A DNA stretch of 64,000 nt from an uncultured Actinomycetes bacterium (GCA_963732075.1 CAVSYD010000003.1:906518-970517), one strand, 5' to 3'. Positions 40,433 through 50,308 are shown, counted from the stretch's first letter. Translations and numbers: made by a program. The notes: a model not told the origin generated them from the sequence alone.

Positions 40433-41306
40433 GGCAGCACCACCGATCGGGTCAGGCTGTGGGGGTGGTCAGGGTCGAGGTTGCGGGCGCGCGCGAGTGC
40501 GACCGCGACGCGCTGGGCGAGCACGAGCGATGCGAGCGGGCTGGTGCCGTTGGCGGCGATCGCCGAGCCGGCGCGGGCGGCGTCCTCGAGCACGCCGGGG
40601 TCGACGGTGCCGACCGGCCACACCAGCGTCTCCTCCGCGTTGGCGCTGATCGGGCCGTGGCGGTACTCCATCGCCGGGTACGCCTCGGCCCACGCGCCGG
40701 ACGCCTCCCGCAGCTTGAGCGCGGCCTCGTTGGCCAGGCCGACCGTCCAGCCCGACCCGAGGAACGCGAACCGGCCGAAGTCGGTCATGTCCGGAACCGG
40801 CAGCCGGAGGGCGAGGTCGGTGGCGTCGGCATCCGCGTCGACCGCGATGCCGACACCGGCGAGCAGGAGCACGAGCGCCGTCGTCGCAAACCGGGTCTGG
40901 ACGACCGACTCCTCATCGGCGAATTCGAGCACAACGGCGGCCGTTGCGCGCCGGGCGCACGGCGACGCCCGCGGACCGCGGTGATCACGAGGGTGGGCGG
41001 GCCTGGCGGCGCCGCGTCGAGCAGCCGCACCACCTCGCTGGTCGTCCCCGAGCGCGAGATGGCAACCAGGCGGTCGTACCGCCGACCCGCCGGAAGCTCG
41101 GACGCCGGGAAGGCGTCGGTCTCGCCGGCGCCCGCGGCCTCCCTGGCGACCGCGTAGGCCTGGGCCATGTGCAGCGAGGTCCCGCATCCGACCACCACGA
41201 CCCGCTCGCCGGCCTGCGGCAGGAGCGCCGCCTGGGCCTCCGCCACGCCGGCCGCGCGGCGCCAATCTGCGGGTTGCGTCAGGATTTCACGCTCGATTGC
41301 GCTCAT
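40429..41306 (-). CDS. SIS-domain sugar-phosphate isomerase/deaminase (AgaS/FrlB-like); one apparent frameshift near 40960
   Basis: Starts VVVGCGTSLHMAQAY..LVAISRSGTTSEV. The second half is FLGSGWTVGLANEAALKLREAS..AMEYRHGP. The stop overlaps the binding-protein ATG (ATGA). Confidence 0.8.
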
Positions 41307-41378
41307 ATCGGGCGACTATATTGCACAATCGCGCAGAAAACAACGGGTTCCGCCGATCCCTGTCAGTAGACTGCGCGC

Positions 41379-42138
41379 ATGCGTCAGGCAGACCGGCTGA
41401 GCAGCGTCCTCGAACGCCTCTCGGGCAACGGCAGCGTCGGTGTCGGCGACCTCGCCAGGGAGCTGGGCGTGTCGGCCGCGACGATCCGCCGCGACCTGCG
41501 GCTGCTCGACGACCAGCACCTGCTCACCCGCACTCACGGCGGCGCCGTGGCGCACGGCGTGCTGTACGAGCTGCCGCTGCGCTACCGCAGCGGCCGCCAC
41601 GGCGAGGAGAAGCTGCGGATCGCGCGCGAGGCCGCTGCCCGTGTCAGCGAGGGCACGGCGATCGGCCTTACCGGCGGCACCACCACGACCGAGGTCGCCC
41701 GGGCGCTGGTGGCCACGCCGCGCCTGACGGTCGTCACCAACTCCCTCAACATCGCCTCCGAGCTCGCCGTGCGTCCGAACCTGAAGCTGGTGGTGACGGG
41801 CGGCGTGGCCCGCGCCGAGTCCTACGAGCTGGTCGGGCCCGCTCGCGGAGTCCGCCCTGTCGGGGCTCAACCTCGACCTGGTGCTGGTGGGCGTCGACGG
41901 AATCTCGGTGCGGGCCGGGCTGACGACCCATCACGAGGTCGAGGCGCACACCAACCGCGCGCTGATCGACCGCGCATCGGTGGTCATCGTGGTCACCGAC
42001 AGCTCGAAGCTCGGGGTGGTCGCGTTCGCGCAGATCTGCGGGCTCGAGCGGGTGACCGAGGTGATCACCGACGCAGCCGCCTCACCGGCAGCGGTCGCCG
42101 AGCTGACCGCCGAGGGCGTGCGCGTCACGGTCGTCTAA
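41379..42138 (+). CDS. DeoR-family transcriptional regulator; one apparent frameshift near 41840
   Basis: The HTH is GVGDLARELGVSAATIRRDLRLLDDQHLLTRTHGGA. The sugar-phosphate-binding half is GLTGGTTTTEVARAL..VGVDGISVRAGLTT. Confidence 0.85.
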
Positions 42139-43431
42139 GCGCGGCGGATGCCCTCGGGGAGCGCGTCCCCGTGGGCGTCGATCAGCTCCTCGACCACGGC
42201 GTGGATCTCGTCAGGCGAGAGCGACGCGGCCGCCGACGGGTCGAGGAGAGCCGCGTGGTGGACGTAGTCGCGCCGGCCCTCGAGGACCGCCCGCACCGTC
42301 AACTCGCACACGTTCAGGAACGTGCGGTTGAGCGCTGCCAGTTGCGGCGGAAGCGCCCCGACGACCGTCGGCTGCACGCCGTTTCGGTCGACCAGGCACG
42401 GCACCTCGACGCAGGCCCCGGCGGGCAGGTTCGTGATCAGATCGTCGTTGCGCACGTTGCCGTAGATCACCCGCTCCTGCCCGGTCAGCATCGAGTGGAT
42501 GATCAGCGAGGCGTACTCCTGGCTGCGCTCGATCTCGATCTCCTCGCCAGCCTCGAGGCTCTGCCGCATCTGCTCGTAGAGCTCGAGGTTCTCCTCGCTG
42601 CGGGCGACGTACTCGCCGGCGGGGATGCGGAAGTGCTCGATGGCCTCATCACTGTGCATGAACCAGGGCAGGTACTCGGCGGAGTGCTCGCTCGACTCGG
42701 TCGGGAAGTAGCCCAGCCGGCGGTACATCTCGACCCGCACGCGCCGGCGCAGCTCGGGGTCGCGTTCGATGGCCCGGTCGAGCAGCGGGTACAGGTTCTC
42801 GCCGCCGCGCTCGAACCGCAGGATGAACGCCTGGTGGTTGACGCCGGCGCCCGAGGAACGTGACCTCGTCGAGCGGCACGCCCACCAGCTCGGCCAGCTC
42901 GGCCGTCGTGTTCTGCACCGAGTGGCACAGGCCGACGATCCGTTGCTGCGGCGTGCCGGCGTAGGTCGCCCAGCACAGCATGGCCATGGGGTTCGTGTAG
43001 TTGAGCAGCCACGCGCCGGGGCACAGCTCGGCCATCTCGTCGCCGAGCGCGAGCATGACGGGGGCCGTGCGCAGTGTGCGGAAGATGCCCCCGATCCCCA
43101 GCGTGTCGCCGATCGTCTGGCGCAGCCCGTGGGCGGCGGGGATCTCGAAGTCGAGCAGGGTGGCCGCGTGGCCCCCCACCTGGATCATGTTGATCACGTG
43201 ATCGGCGCCGTCGAGGGCGCGGCGGCGGTCGAGGTGGGCCTCGACGCGCGGCTCCGCGCCGAGCACACCGGCGGTGTAGCTGGCCATGGCCTCGGCGACC
43301 GCGAGCCGCTCGGGGTCGATGTCGTGCAGCGCGATCTCGCAATCGCGAAGTTCGGGGAACGAGAGGATGTCTCCGAGCAGGTTTTTGGTGAACTCGACGC
43401 TGCCCGCACCCATGAAGACGATTCGTGGCAT
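42135..43431 (-). CDS. glycoside hydrolase family 4 (NAD+/Mn2+-dependent glycosidase, MelA/AglA-like); one apparent frameshift near 42860
   Basis: Blocks are MPRIVFMGAGSVEFTKNLLGDIL, NYTNPMAM and GLCHSVQ. The C-terminal half lies in ORF 42135..42740. Confidence 0.85.
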
Positions 43432-43469
43432 GATTGAGAGTGTTCCACATCCGCTCGAATCGAGCAAGA

Positions 43470-44331
43470 ATGTTCACGACGTCGGAGAACCGCGCACTTC
43501 AGCAGCTGTCCACCCGCCAGGGTGCGCTCGCGGTCGTCGCCGCCGACCAGCGGGTCAGCCTGCGCGCGATGTTCGAGCGGGCCGGGGGGGCGTCTGACCT
43601 CGAGGCGCTGCGCGAGTTCAAGCGTGCGCTGGTGGTCGCCCTCGCCCCGGGGGCAAGCGCCGCTTCTGCTCGATCCCGAGATCGCCCTGCCGGACGTCGT
43701 CGACGGCGGCCTCGTGCCCGCCGACGTGGGCCTGCTCGTGTCGGTCGAGGTGAGCGGCGCCGAGTGGTCGGACGGCCTCTCACCCGCCCGCCTGCTGCCG
43801 GACTTCGGAGCGGCGGGCGTCCGCCGGATGGGCGGCACGGCGGCCAAGCTGCTCGTGCGCGTCCGCGCCGACCGCGAGGATGCCGCCGGCCACAACGCCG
43901 CGATCGTCCGCGAAGTCATCCGCGACTGTGCCGAGCACGATCTGCTCGCGGTGGTCGAGGGGCTCGTCTTCCCGCTTCCGGACGAGCCCGACGAGGACTA
44001 CCGGCGCCGGCGCCCGGAGCTGATCCGCGACTGCGCCGTCCTGCTCGAGGAGTGCGGCGCCAAGTACCTCAAGCTCGAATACCCGGGCAGCGAGGCAGCG
44101 TGCCGGGCGATCTCGGATGCCGTCGGCGTGCCCTGGGCCCTGCTCTCGGCCGGCGTCGACCACCCGACGTTCGTCGTGCAGCTGCGGGCGGCCCGGGCGG
44201 CGGGCGCGTCGGGATTCATCGCCGGCCGCTCGATCTGGAAGGAGGCGGTCGGGCTGCCGGCAGCCGACCGCGACGCGTTCCTCACCGGGGAGGGACGGCG
44301 ACGACTCGACGAGTTGCTCGGATTGCTCTAA
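43470..44331 (+). CDS. class I aldolase, DeoC/LacD family (tagatose-1,6-bisphosphate-aldolase-like); one apparent frameshift near 43660
   Basis: Blocks are AVVAADQRVSLRAMF, AAKLLVRVRAD, KYLKLEYPGS and GFIAGRSIWKEAV. The gene is divergent from the GH4 gene with a 38-nt spacer. Confidence 0.75.
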
Positions 44332-44345
44332 AACGGGGGAAGAAC

Positions 44346-46079
44346 ATGCGCGTGAAACGACACACTGTCCGCCTGACCGCGACCGCGCTCGTCGTGGCCG
44401 CGGCGTATCTCGTGCCGGGGGCGGCGAGCTCCGCCGCCTCGCTGCCCGGCGTGGCGGCGCACATCCCTGCGCCCGTCGTGGTGGGCTCCCCTCGCATCGC
44501 GGGCCGGATGCGGGACGGCGGCACCGTCGTCGCCCGCGGCGCCGCGTGGCACGTGCCGGCTCTCCCCGCCGGCGACCGCCTGCTCAGCTTCGAGGTGGCC
44601 TACGTGTGGACGACCTGCGCGACTTCCGCGAGTTCCTGCCGCCCGGCGGCCGATACCACCGCGACGCCGTTCGCAGCCCGCCGCTACGTCGTCGGGCACG
44701 CCGATACCGGCCGCCTGCTGCGGCTGACCGAGACGGCGACCGAGGTCGTCGAGACCGACCCGGCGACGTTCACCTTCCGGGTGGTGCGCGCGTCGGCGAG
44801 CGCGCTGGCCCGCACGCCGGTGCGGCCGTACGCCGCGGGCCGCGCCCCGCGCAGCGCGTTTATCAACGGCACGCCCGAGCACCGCACCGCGTCCGCCGAG
44901 GAGTACTTCGACGTCTCACCCGCGCACTTCAACACCGCCGACGGCACCCCCGTCGTCCGCTACCGAATTGACGCGCGCCGATGGCGGCTGCTTGCCGCCA
45001 CCCGGCTCGTCTACACCGGCAAGCTCCGGCCAGGCCTGCACCGGGTGGCCGTGCGCACGTCCAACACGGCCGGCACCACCCTGCGGTCGTTCCGGTGGCG
45101 GGTGGTGCCGCTGCCGGCCCCGCTTGCCTGCGTCCCCCGCAAGGGCGGGGCGTGCTGGTATCCGCCCCACCTCGACAGCACCGGCCGGCCGATGCGCTGG
45201 GACTGGCAGATCGGCCGCGTGACGCCGCTCGAGCGCACAGGCGCCCAGGCCGTCGACATCTACGACATCGACGGCTTCCTCACGACCCCGGCCGAGGTCA
45301 AGACGCTGCACACCCAGTGGCCGGGCAGCACCCTCGCCCACCCCAAGGCGGTGTGCTACCTCGACCTGGCCTGGGAGGACTACCGGCCCGATGCCAGCCC
45401 ACCCTTCCGGGGTGGCGGGTTCCCGGTCTCGACGCTCGGCAACGTCTACTACGGCTACTCGCAGGAGCGGTGGCTCGACCTGCGCCAGCTCGATGCCCTC
45501 AAGCCCGTGATCGACGCGCGCCTCCGCATGTGCGCGGCCAAGGGCTTCGACGCGGTCGAGCTCGACGACATCGACAGCTTCGACCCGCCGTCGACGACCG
45601 GCTTCCATCTCACGCCCGGTGACGCCCAGAACTTCCTGAGCTACGCCATGAACGAGGTGCACCGGCTCGGCATGACCGTGATGTGGAAGAACTCCCCCTA
45701 CCTGAGCTGGTGGGGCCGCCGCTACTCCGACGGGGCGATCGTCGAGGAGTGCTACATCTACCACCAGTGCTTCTCATCCCAGGTCGCCGGGAGCACGCAG
45801 TACGGGTTCACGTGCACCAAGGTCACCGGCCCCACCCCGTGCGGGTGGGACGACTTCACGACCGACAGGACGGCCCACCAGCCGAACGGGAAGTGGGTCG
45901 GCGAGGTGGAGTACGCAGAGGACGGCTACGTCTGCGCGCCCGGCGCCTCGTGCCCGCTGCCGCGGAGGTTCTCGACCTACTGCGCGGCGGTCGAGGGCCC
46001 GAGCTACGGGTTCTCCGCCATGCGCCTGGACGTCGACCTGGACGGGCGGCTGTTCCAGACGTGTCCTAGGGGAGGCTGA
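44346..46079 (+). CDS. secreted protein: N-terminal Ig-like region plus glycoside hydrolase family 114 (endo-alpha-1,4-polygalactosaminidase-type) TIM barrel
   Basis: Signal peptide is LTATALVVAAAYLVPGAASSAAS. GH114-like blocks are WDWQIG, DIYDIDGF, AVCYLDLAWEDYRPD, ERWLDLRQ, GFDAVELDDIDSF and MTVMWKNS. The region is intact within ORF 43434..46079. Confidence 0.7.
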   Translation: MRVKRHTVRLTATALVVAAAYLVPGAASSAASLPGVAAHIPAPVVVGSPRIAGRMRDGGTVVARGAAWHVPALPAGDRLLSFEVAYVWTTCATSASSCRPAADTTATPFAARRYVVGHADTGRLLRLTETATEVVETDPATFTFRVVRASASALARTPVRPYAAGRAPRSAFINGTPEHRTASAEEYFDVSPAHFNTADGTPVVRYRIDARRWRLLAATRLVYTGKLRPGLHRVAVRTSNTAGTTLRSFRWRVVPLPAPLACVPRKGGACWYPPHLDSTGRPMRWDWQIGRVTPLERTGAQAVDIYDIDGFLTTPAEVKTLHTQWPGSTLAHPKAVCYLDLAWEDYRPDASPPFRGGGFPVSTLGNVYYGYSQERWLDLRQLDALKPVIDARLRMCAAKGFDAVELDDIDSFDPPSTTGFHLTPGDAQNFLSYAMNEVHRLGMTVMWKNSPYLSWWGRRYSDGAIVEECYIYHQCFSSQVAGSTQYGFTCTKVTGPTPCGWDDFTTDRTAHQPNGKWVGEVEYAEDGYVCAPGASCPLPRRFSTYCAAVEGPSYGFSAMRLDVDLDGRLFQTCPRGG

Positions 46080-46086
46080 CCCGCCG

Positions 46087-46530
46087 TTAGATCAGATCGG
46101 GCCCGAAGCGGGTCAGGCGGAACAGTGCCGTGCGCGGGAGCCCGGCTGGCGGCTTGCGGAACGCGTGCACCCGCAGCCGGGTGTAGCGGAGACCCAGCGG
46201 CGTCTGCACGAGCCGGCGCGCGACGACCCGCACGCGGAAGTGGACGAAGTGGCCGCTCGCGCAGTCCGGAACGCAGGTGTTGGCAAAGCCGACCCCACGC
46301 CCGATCGCGCGCCCGGCGCCCCACCGCAGCCAGTGCAGCTTGGCCACGCCCCAGTTCGCATCGGCGCACGCGAGCACGACCTCGCGCGGCCGGACGCGGT
46401 GCTGCCCCCCGCACAGGATGATGACCGGCCTGGAGGCCGCCGTCGGTGAGGCCGACGCGGTTGCGGCGGCCGCCGCCGTCATGGCGACGACGAGCACGAG
46501 CACATTGCGAACCAGGCGGACGGTGGACAT
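46087..46530 (-). CDS. hypothetical secreted Cys-containing protein
   Basis: Start taken at MSTVRLVRNVLVLVVAMTAAAAATASA. No family recognised. Confidence 0.4.
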   Translation of the reverse strand: MSTVRLVRNVLVLVVAMTAAAAATASASPTAASRPVIILCGGQHRVRPREVVLACADANWGVAKLHWLRWGAGRAIGRGVGFANTCVPDCASGHFVHFRVRVVARRLVQTPLGLRYTRLRVHAFRKPPAGLPRTALFRLTRFGPDLI

Positions 46531-46611
46531 GGCGGTGCCTCCAGCGCGAGTGACGACGGTTCTCAGAGTGTGACGCACGGGTGTAACGGCTGGGTCACGA
46601 GGAGACGACTC

Positions 46612-47511
46612 TCAGGCATCGCCCGAAGGCTCTGGCCACGGGAACACTCTGCCGATCGCCGCTTCAAGAGCCCTGCGGTCATCCTCGAAGAACTCCACGA
46701 GTAGCTCGCGCAGTTCCGGACTCCATGGGGGCTTCTCGCCCGAAGTGAGCAGACCTTCGCGAGCGGCCGTACGCAGCCTGCGTGGGACGGCCGCCCGCGT
46801 GACCGCACGAACCGAGGGGCTGCCCATGACTCGTCCGGCGAGCGACGACCGCGGCCGGGCGTACTCGTTGCTCCGTGGAAGCCCTCCAGCCTCGCTCGGC
46901 GGCGGGACGCCAAGGAACGCTGCCAATCGATCCGCCTCATCGGACTCGGGCGAGATCACCTCCTCGAAGCACGCGACGAAGAAGCGGTCGCCGAACGCCG
47001 CCACGTACTCCTGAACCTGGCCCGCATAGAGGCCGAGCCGCAGATAGGCGTTGAATACCCAGACCGAATCCGGATCCCGCATCTCGGCCGCGACGGCGTC
47101 GCCGAACGCCCGGGCTTCCGTCCCCTCGCGCACATTGTTCAGGTAGTGGGAGTAACCGCGGTCGGCCGGGGCACGCAGGAGCGCCACGACCCGTGCGGCG
47201 GGCGCGAAGGCGCGAATCTTCGCCGCAACCCCAGGTGTGGGTAGATAGGACGTACTGGCGTCGACGCGGAAAGCCGCGGCCGACCCGGGCCCGTAGAGTC
47301 GCCGGTAATCGGCCGGGGATTCAACAGTCCTCAGCGTGCCCCTACCTCCCGGTCCCGCCCCGACCTCGGATAGGTGATGAGGCTCCTTCAACCACGGGAC
47401 GTACCAGCCCGCCTGGCGACCGAGGTACTCGGCCAGCGAGGTGGTCCCCGCCTTCGCCGCACCCACGACGAACACATTGGGCGCACCTGGAAACGGATCC
47501 TCGGCGATCAC
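46612..47511 (-). CDS. sulfotransferase-family protein
   Basis: Intact 299-aa ORF. It has a 5'-PSB-like loop (VFVVGAAKAGTTSLAEYL) and a 3'-PB-like block (RVVALLRAPADRGYSHY). The start overlaps the Wzy-like stop. Confidence 0.75.
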   Translation of the reverse strand: MIAEDPFPGAPNVFVVGAAKAGTTSLAEYLGRQAGWYVPWLKEPHHLSEVGAGPGGRGTLRTVESPADYRRLYGPGSAAAFRVDASTSYLPTPGVAAKIRAFAPAARVVALLRAPADRGYSHYLNNVREGTEARAFGDAVAAEMRDPDSVWVFNAYLRLGLYAGQVQEYVAAFGDRFFVACFEEVISPESDEADRLAAFLGVPPPSEAGGLPRSNEYARPRSSLAGRVMGSPSVRAVTRAAVPRRLRTAAREGLLTSGEKPPWSPELRELLVEFFEDDRRALEAAIGRVFPWPEPSGDA

Positions 47512-48995
47512 TGCAGGTGGACGTTAGATGCGTGAGGCGTCGGTAGCAGCGTGCCCTCCATCGTGGCTTCCTCCGTCGCCTGCGCTGCACGCCGCCGCTG
47601 AAACTCCATCCCGATCAGGAATCCCACCGGCACGAAGAGATACCGGTTGTAGATGTCGTTCTGCACGACTCCTTCAATCAACCAAACCATGAAGGACAGC
47701 GTAAACGCGGAGGCGAGAATCCGTTGCGGCGCATCTATCGGATACGCGCGGCAAAGACGAATTCCGAGCGCAAGGGTGCCGAAGACGAACCAGAGGAACG
47801 CAACCAGGGCTGGAACCCCACCCGCTTGGAGCACCTGCAGATAAATGTCCGTCGCATACCGGACCACCGAGAAGCCGACGCCCGTGAGTGGGTGGGCGAC
47901 CGCGGAGTCCAGTGCCTGTCTGTAGAGGAAGAGACGGGTCGAGTTGGCTCCATTTTCTGCCGAGCTCAGACTGAAGAGGCGATTCACCGCCACCAGATTC
48001 GGGCTGGACGCGCTCGCACCCGCGAGCGCAAGCAACGGCACCAGTGCCGCCACCGCCAGAATCCCCACCCCCACACGGGTGCGCATCGGAGGGCTCACGA
48101 TCGGACATAGAATCACAACGACCACCGCCGCGAGCAGTGCCGCGCGTGAGCCCGAGATCATGATCGCTACCAGTGCGGCAACCAGCACGGAGCCGTAAAA
48201 GACTCGGGACCGCATCGTCTTAGCCAGCACTGTCACCTGGGCAATCGCGTACGGGATCACCATGGCCGCCACGATGCCAAGGTCATTCGGTTGGAGGGTC
48301 AGGCCGGTCTGCCGCCCAACGTACCCTCGGCCCGCGAAGAAGTGCCCGATGCCGGTGTTCAGTGTGTAGTCGAGCAGTGCGACCACGCCGTTGATCAGCA
48401 CGGAGGCCGACCACGCGGCACCTGCGACCGCGAGCCTTGCGGGAGAAGAACTGATCGCACCGACGAGAAGGGGCGTCAGTATGAGAGCCAACGCGAACTC
48501 GAGCGCTTTACCCAGATCGGAACTCACACCACCCACCGGGTCAGCAGTCGCGGCCGTGATCCCGGACGCCAGCAGGAGCACCCCGCTGAACACGAGGTAG
48601 GGCGGGGTGAGCGTGAGCCACCGACGCTCGACGACCGCGGCCATACCGAGGCATGCGGCGCTGAGCACAAAGAGGGCGTCGGCGACCTCCACACCTCCGT
48701 GTATGTGGACGGAGATCAGCGTTACCGCGACGAGACCGGCGAATCCAGAGGCAAGGCCAAACCGAAGCAGCGGAGAGTACGAAACGCAGTCATCCAACCT
48801 CCCGAGCCACGCGGCGAACCACATCAGCAAAAGCAGCCCGGCGAGCGCCGCCAAGCCGATGAGGACCGCTGAACGGGGCAGCGTCGCGGATACCAGGCCA
48901 ACGCCGCCGCCGGCGGCCAGCGCAATCATCAGCAGCCCAACCGACCGGGCCAACTGACCGCCGCGCACGCGAGTCCGGTTTGGAGCATGCACCAC
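47508..48995 (-). CDS. O-antigen polymerase/ligase-like (Wzy_C domain) polytopic membrane protein
   Basis: GTG start lies 3 nt after the upstream GT stop. About 10-12 TM helices, with the Wzy_C-like loop IMISGSRAALLAAVVVVI. The N-terminal 240 aa of ORF 47508..49724 is read-through antisense-frame sequence. Confidence 0.65.
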   Translation of the reverse strand: MVHAPNRTRVRGGQLARSVGLLMIALAAGGGVGLVSATLPRSAVLIGLAALAGLLLLMWFAAWLGRLDDCVSYSPLLRFGLASGFAGLVAVTLISVHIHGGVEVADALFVLSAACLGMAAVVERRWLTLTPPYLVFSGVLLLASGITAATADPVGGVSSDLGKALEFALALILTPLLVGAISSSPARLAVAGAAWSASVLINGVVALLDYTLNTGIGHFFAGRGYVGRQTGLTLQPNDLGIVAAMVIPYAIAQVTVLAKTMRSRVFYGSVLVAALVAIMISGSRAALLAAVVVVILCPIVSPPMRTRVGVGILAVAALVPLLALAGASASSPNLVAVNRLFSLSSAENGANSTRLFLYRQALDSAVAHPLTGVGFSVVRYATDIYLQVLQAGGVPALVAFLWFVFGTLALGIRLCRAYPIDAPQRILASAFTLSFMVWLIEGVVQNDIYNRYLFVPVGFLIGMEFQRRRAAQATEEATMEGTLLPTPHASNVHLQ

Positions 48996-48997
48996 GT

Positions 48998-50308
48998 TTA
49001 TCTCCCGGTGTTCCGAGTGGGGTCGACCTCGTGTGAGACGGGTGTTCGACCGCCGCTCACCGCAAGTGCCTGCTCGATCACCTGGCTGAACGCATCCGCG
49101 ATCCGATCGATATCGAACGTCGATTCGGCATAGGCCCGGCCGGCCGACCCCATTGCCTGGAGTTGGTTGCGGTCGCCTATGAGGGCTCCGGCGGTCTCGA
49201 GGAATGCAGGGCCGTCGTGCGGATCCACGACAACTCCGGATCCCGCCCGCTGGATGATCCGAGCTGCGAGATTCTCGGACGGGATCGCCCCAAGAATGGC
49301 GCGCCCCGCACAGTGGTAGCTGAGCACTTTCGAGGGCACCGAGTACTGCCCCGCATCGCTTTGCAGGATCGCAACCAGCACGTCGGCGCTGGCAAGCACG
49401 TCGGGGAGTTCGCTGTAGGGCTGGTAGGGCAGGAGAATCAGATTGTCCAGCCCATGCGCACGAGACTGTCCGGCGAGCCAGTTCGCGCCGCGGCCCTCCG
49501 AAACCACGACCACTCGCACATCCGGGTGTGCACGCATCGAGATCGCGAGGTCGCGGATCAACGCTGGATCGTGCTTCACCCCGAGCGTGCCGGCATAGAC
49601 GAAGTTCCGGGTCTGGGCCAGCCGATGGGCACGAGACCACGCGTTGTCGTGCGGCCGGAGCGGCGTCTCCGAGAGAGGGGCCCAATTCTCGATCACAGTG
49701 ATCCGCTCTGACGACACTGACCACGCCGCGAGTTGCGGCAGAAAATCCTCGGATATCGGGACGACCGCGGAGCTCTGGCGAAGGGAGGTCGCCTCAACTC
49801 GGCTGAGGACGAAGCCGGCGATCGCACTCACCGTGCGGGGCCGGCCTCGCGCGAGCGTGAGCTTCGTCCCGACGCTCCAGACATCCTGCTGCCAGAAGAT
49901 GAACGCACGCGGGAGTCTGGTCTTCCTCACCAGCAACCACTGACTCAGCAGCGGCGTGTTGCCCGACATCAGTACTTCCGTATTCTCGGCGGTCGCAATC
50001 TCGGACACGATTCGCGCGTACTGAACTTCATAGACCGCACGCTTGATCACCGAGTACTTGTTGAACGGCCGGCCGAGGTCGATCCCCTGGATGCGGAGCG
50101 TCGCCGGGTCATCGGCCGTGACCTCGATTCGGCCCTTTCCCTTGAGATCCGAGGCGCAATGGAGGTGAAGGACGTCGAAGCCCCTCTCGGCCAGGCGCCG
50201 GCTCAGCTGAATCTGAAAGGCGTGTCCGGCGAAGTCATGAACGACGATCCGGGTGCCCGTGGCGCTCGCGGTTCCGGTCCGCGCGCTGTCCGCGGTGATG
50301 TCACCCAC
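48998..50308 (-). CDS. glycosyltransferase family 4 (WcaI-like)
   Basis: Intact 436-aa ORF. N-terminus is IVVHDFAGHAFQIQLSRRLAERG. The C-terminal GT-B block is YSVPSKVLSYHCAGRAILG. Confidence 0.8.
   Translation of the reverse strand: MGDITADSARTGTASATGTRIVVHDFAGHAFQIQLSRRLAERGFDVLHLHCASDLKGKGRIEVTADDPATLRIQGIDLGRPFNKYSVIKRAVYEVQYARIVSEIATAENTEVLMSGNTPLLSQWLLVRKTRLPRAFIFWQQDVWSVGTKLTLARGRPRTVSAIAGFVLSRVEATSLRQSSAVVPISEDFLPQLAAWSVSSERITVIENWAPLSETPLRPHDNAWSRAHRLAQTRNFVYAGTLGVKHDPALIRDLAISMRAHPDVRVVVVSEGRGANWLAGQSRAHGLDNLILLPYQPYSELPDVLASADVLVAILQSDAGQYSVPSKVLSYHCAGRAILGAIPSENLAARIIQRAGSGVVVDPHDGPAFLETAGALIGDRNQLQAMGSAGRAYAESTFDIDRIADAFSQVIEQALAVSGGRTPVSHEVDPTRNTGR

Noticed and set aside
34563-44331. 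Reading the sugar locus as a sulfoquinovose (sulfo-EMP, YihS/V/T-like) pathway
   Set aside because: A PfkB kinase plus a LacD-family aldolase fit. However, the isomerase here is SIS-type rather than YihS-type. There is no GH31 sulfoquinovosidase, no sulfolactaldehyde reductase and no exporter. The GalN or Amadori readings fit better.
43434-46079. 881-aa ORF joining the aldolase N-terminus to the GH114 protein
   Set aside because: Residues 80-300 or so in this frame are Arg/Pro junk. The aldolase continues in ORF 43522..44331 and stops there. The GH114 gene has its own ATG (44346) and signal peptide.
47508-49724. 738-aa version of the Wzy-like ORF
   Set aside because: The first 240 or so residues overlap the WcaI-like GT4 gene in another frame and are not membrane-like. 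The hydrophobic protein begins at the GTG at 48995, right after the GT4 stop.
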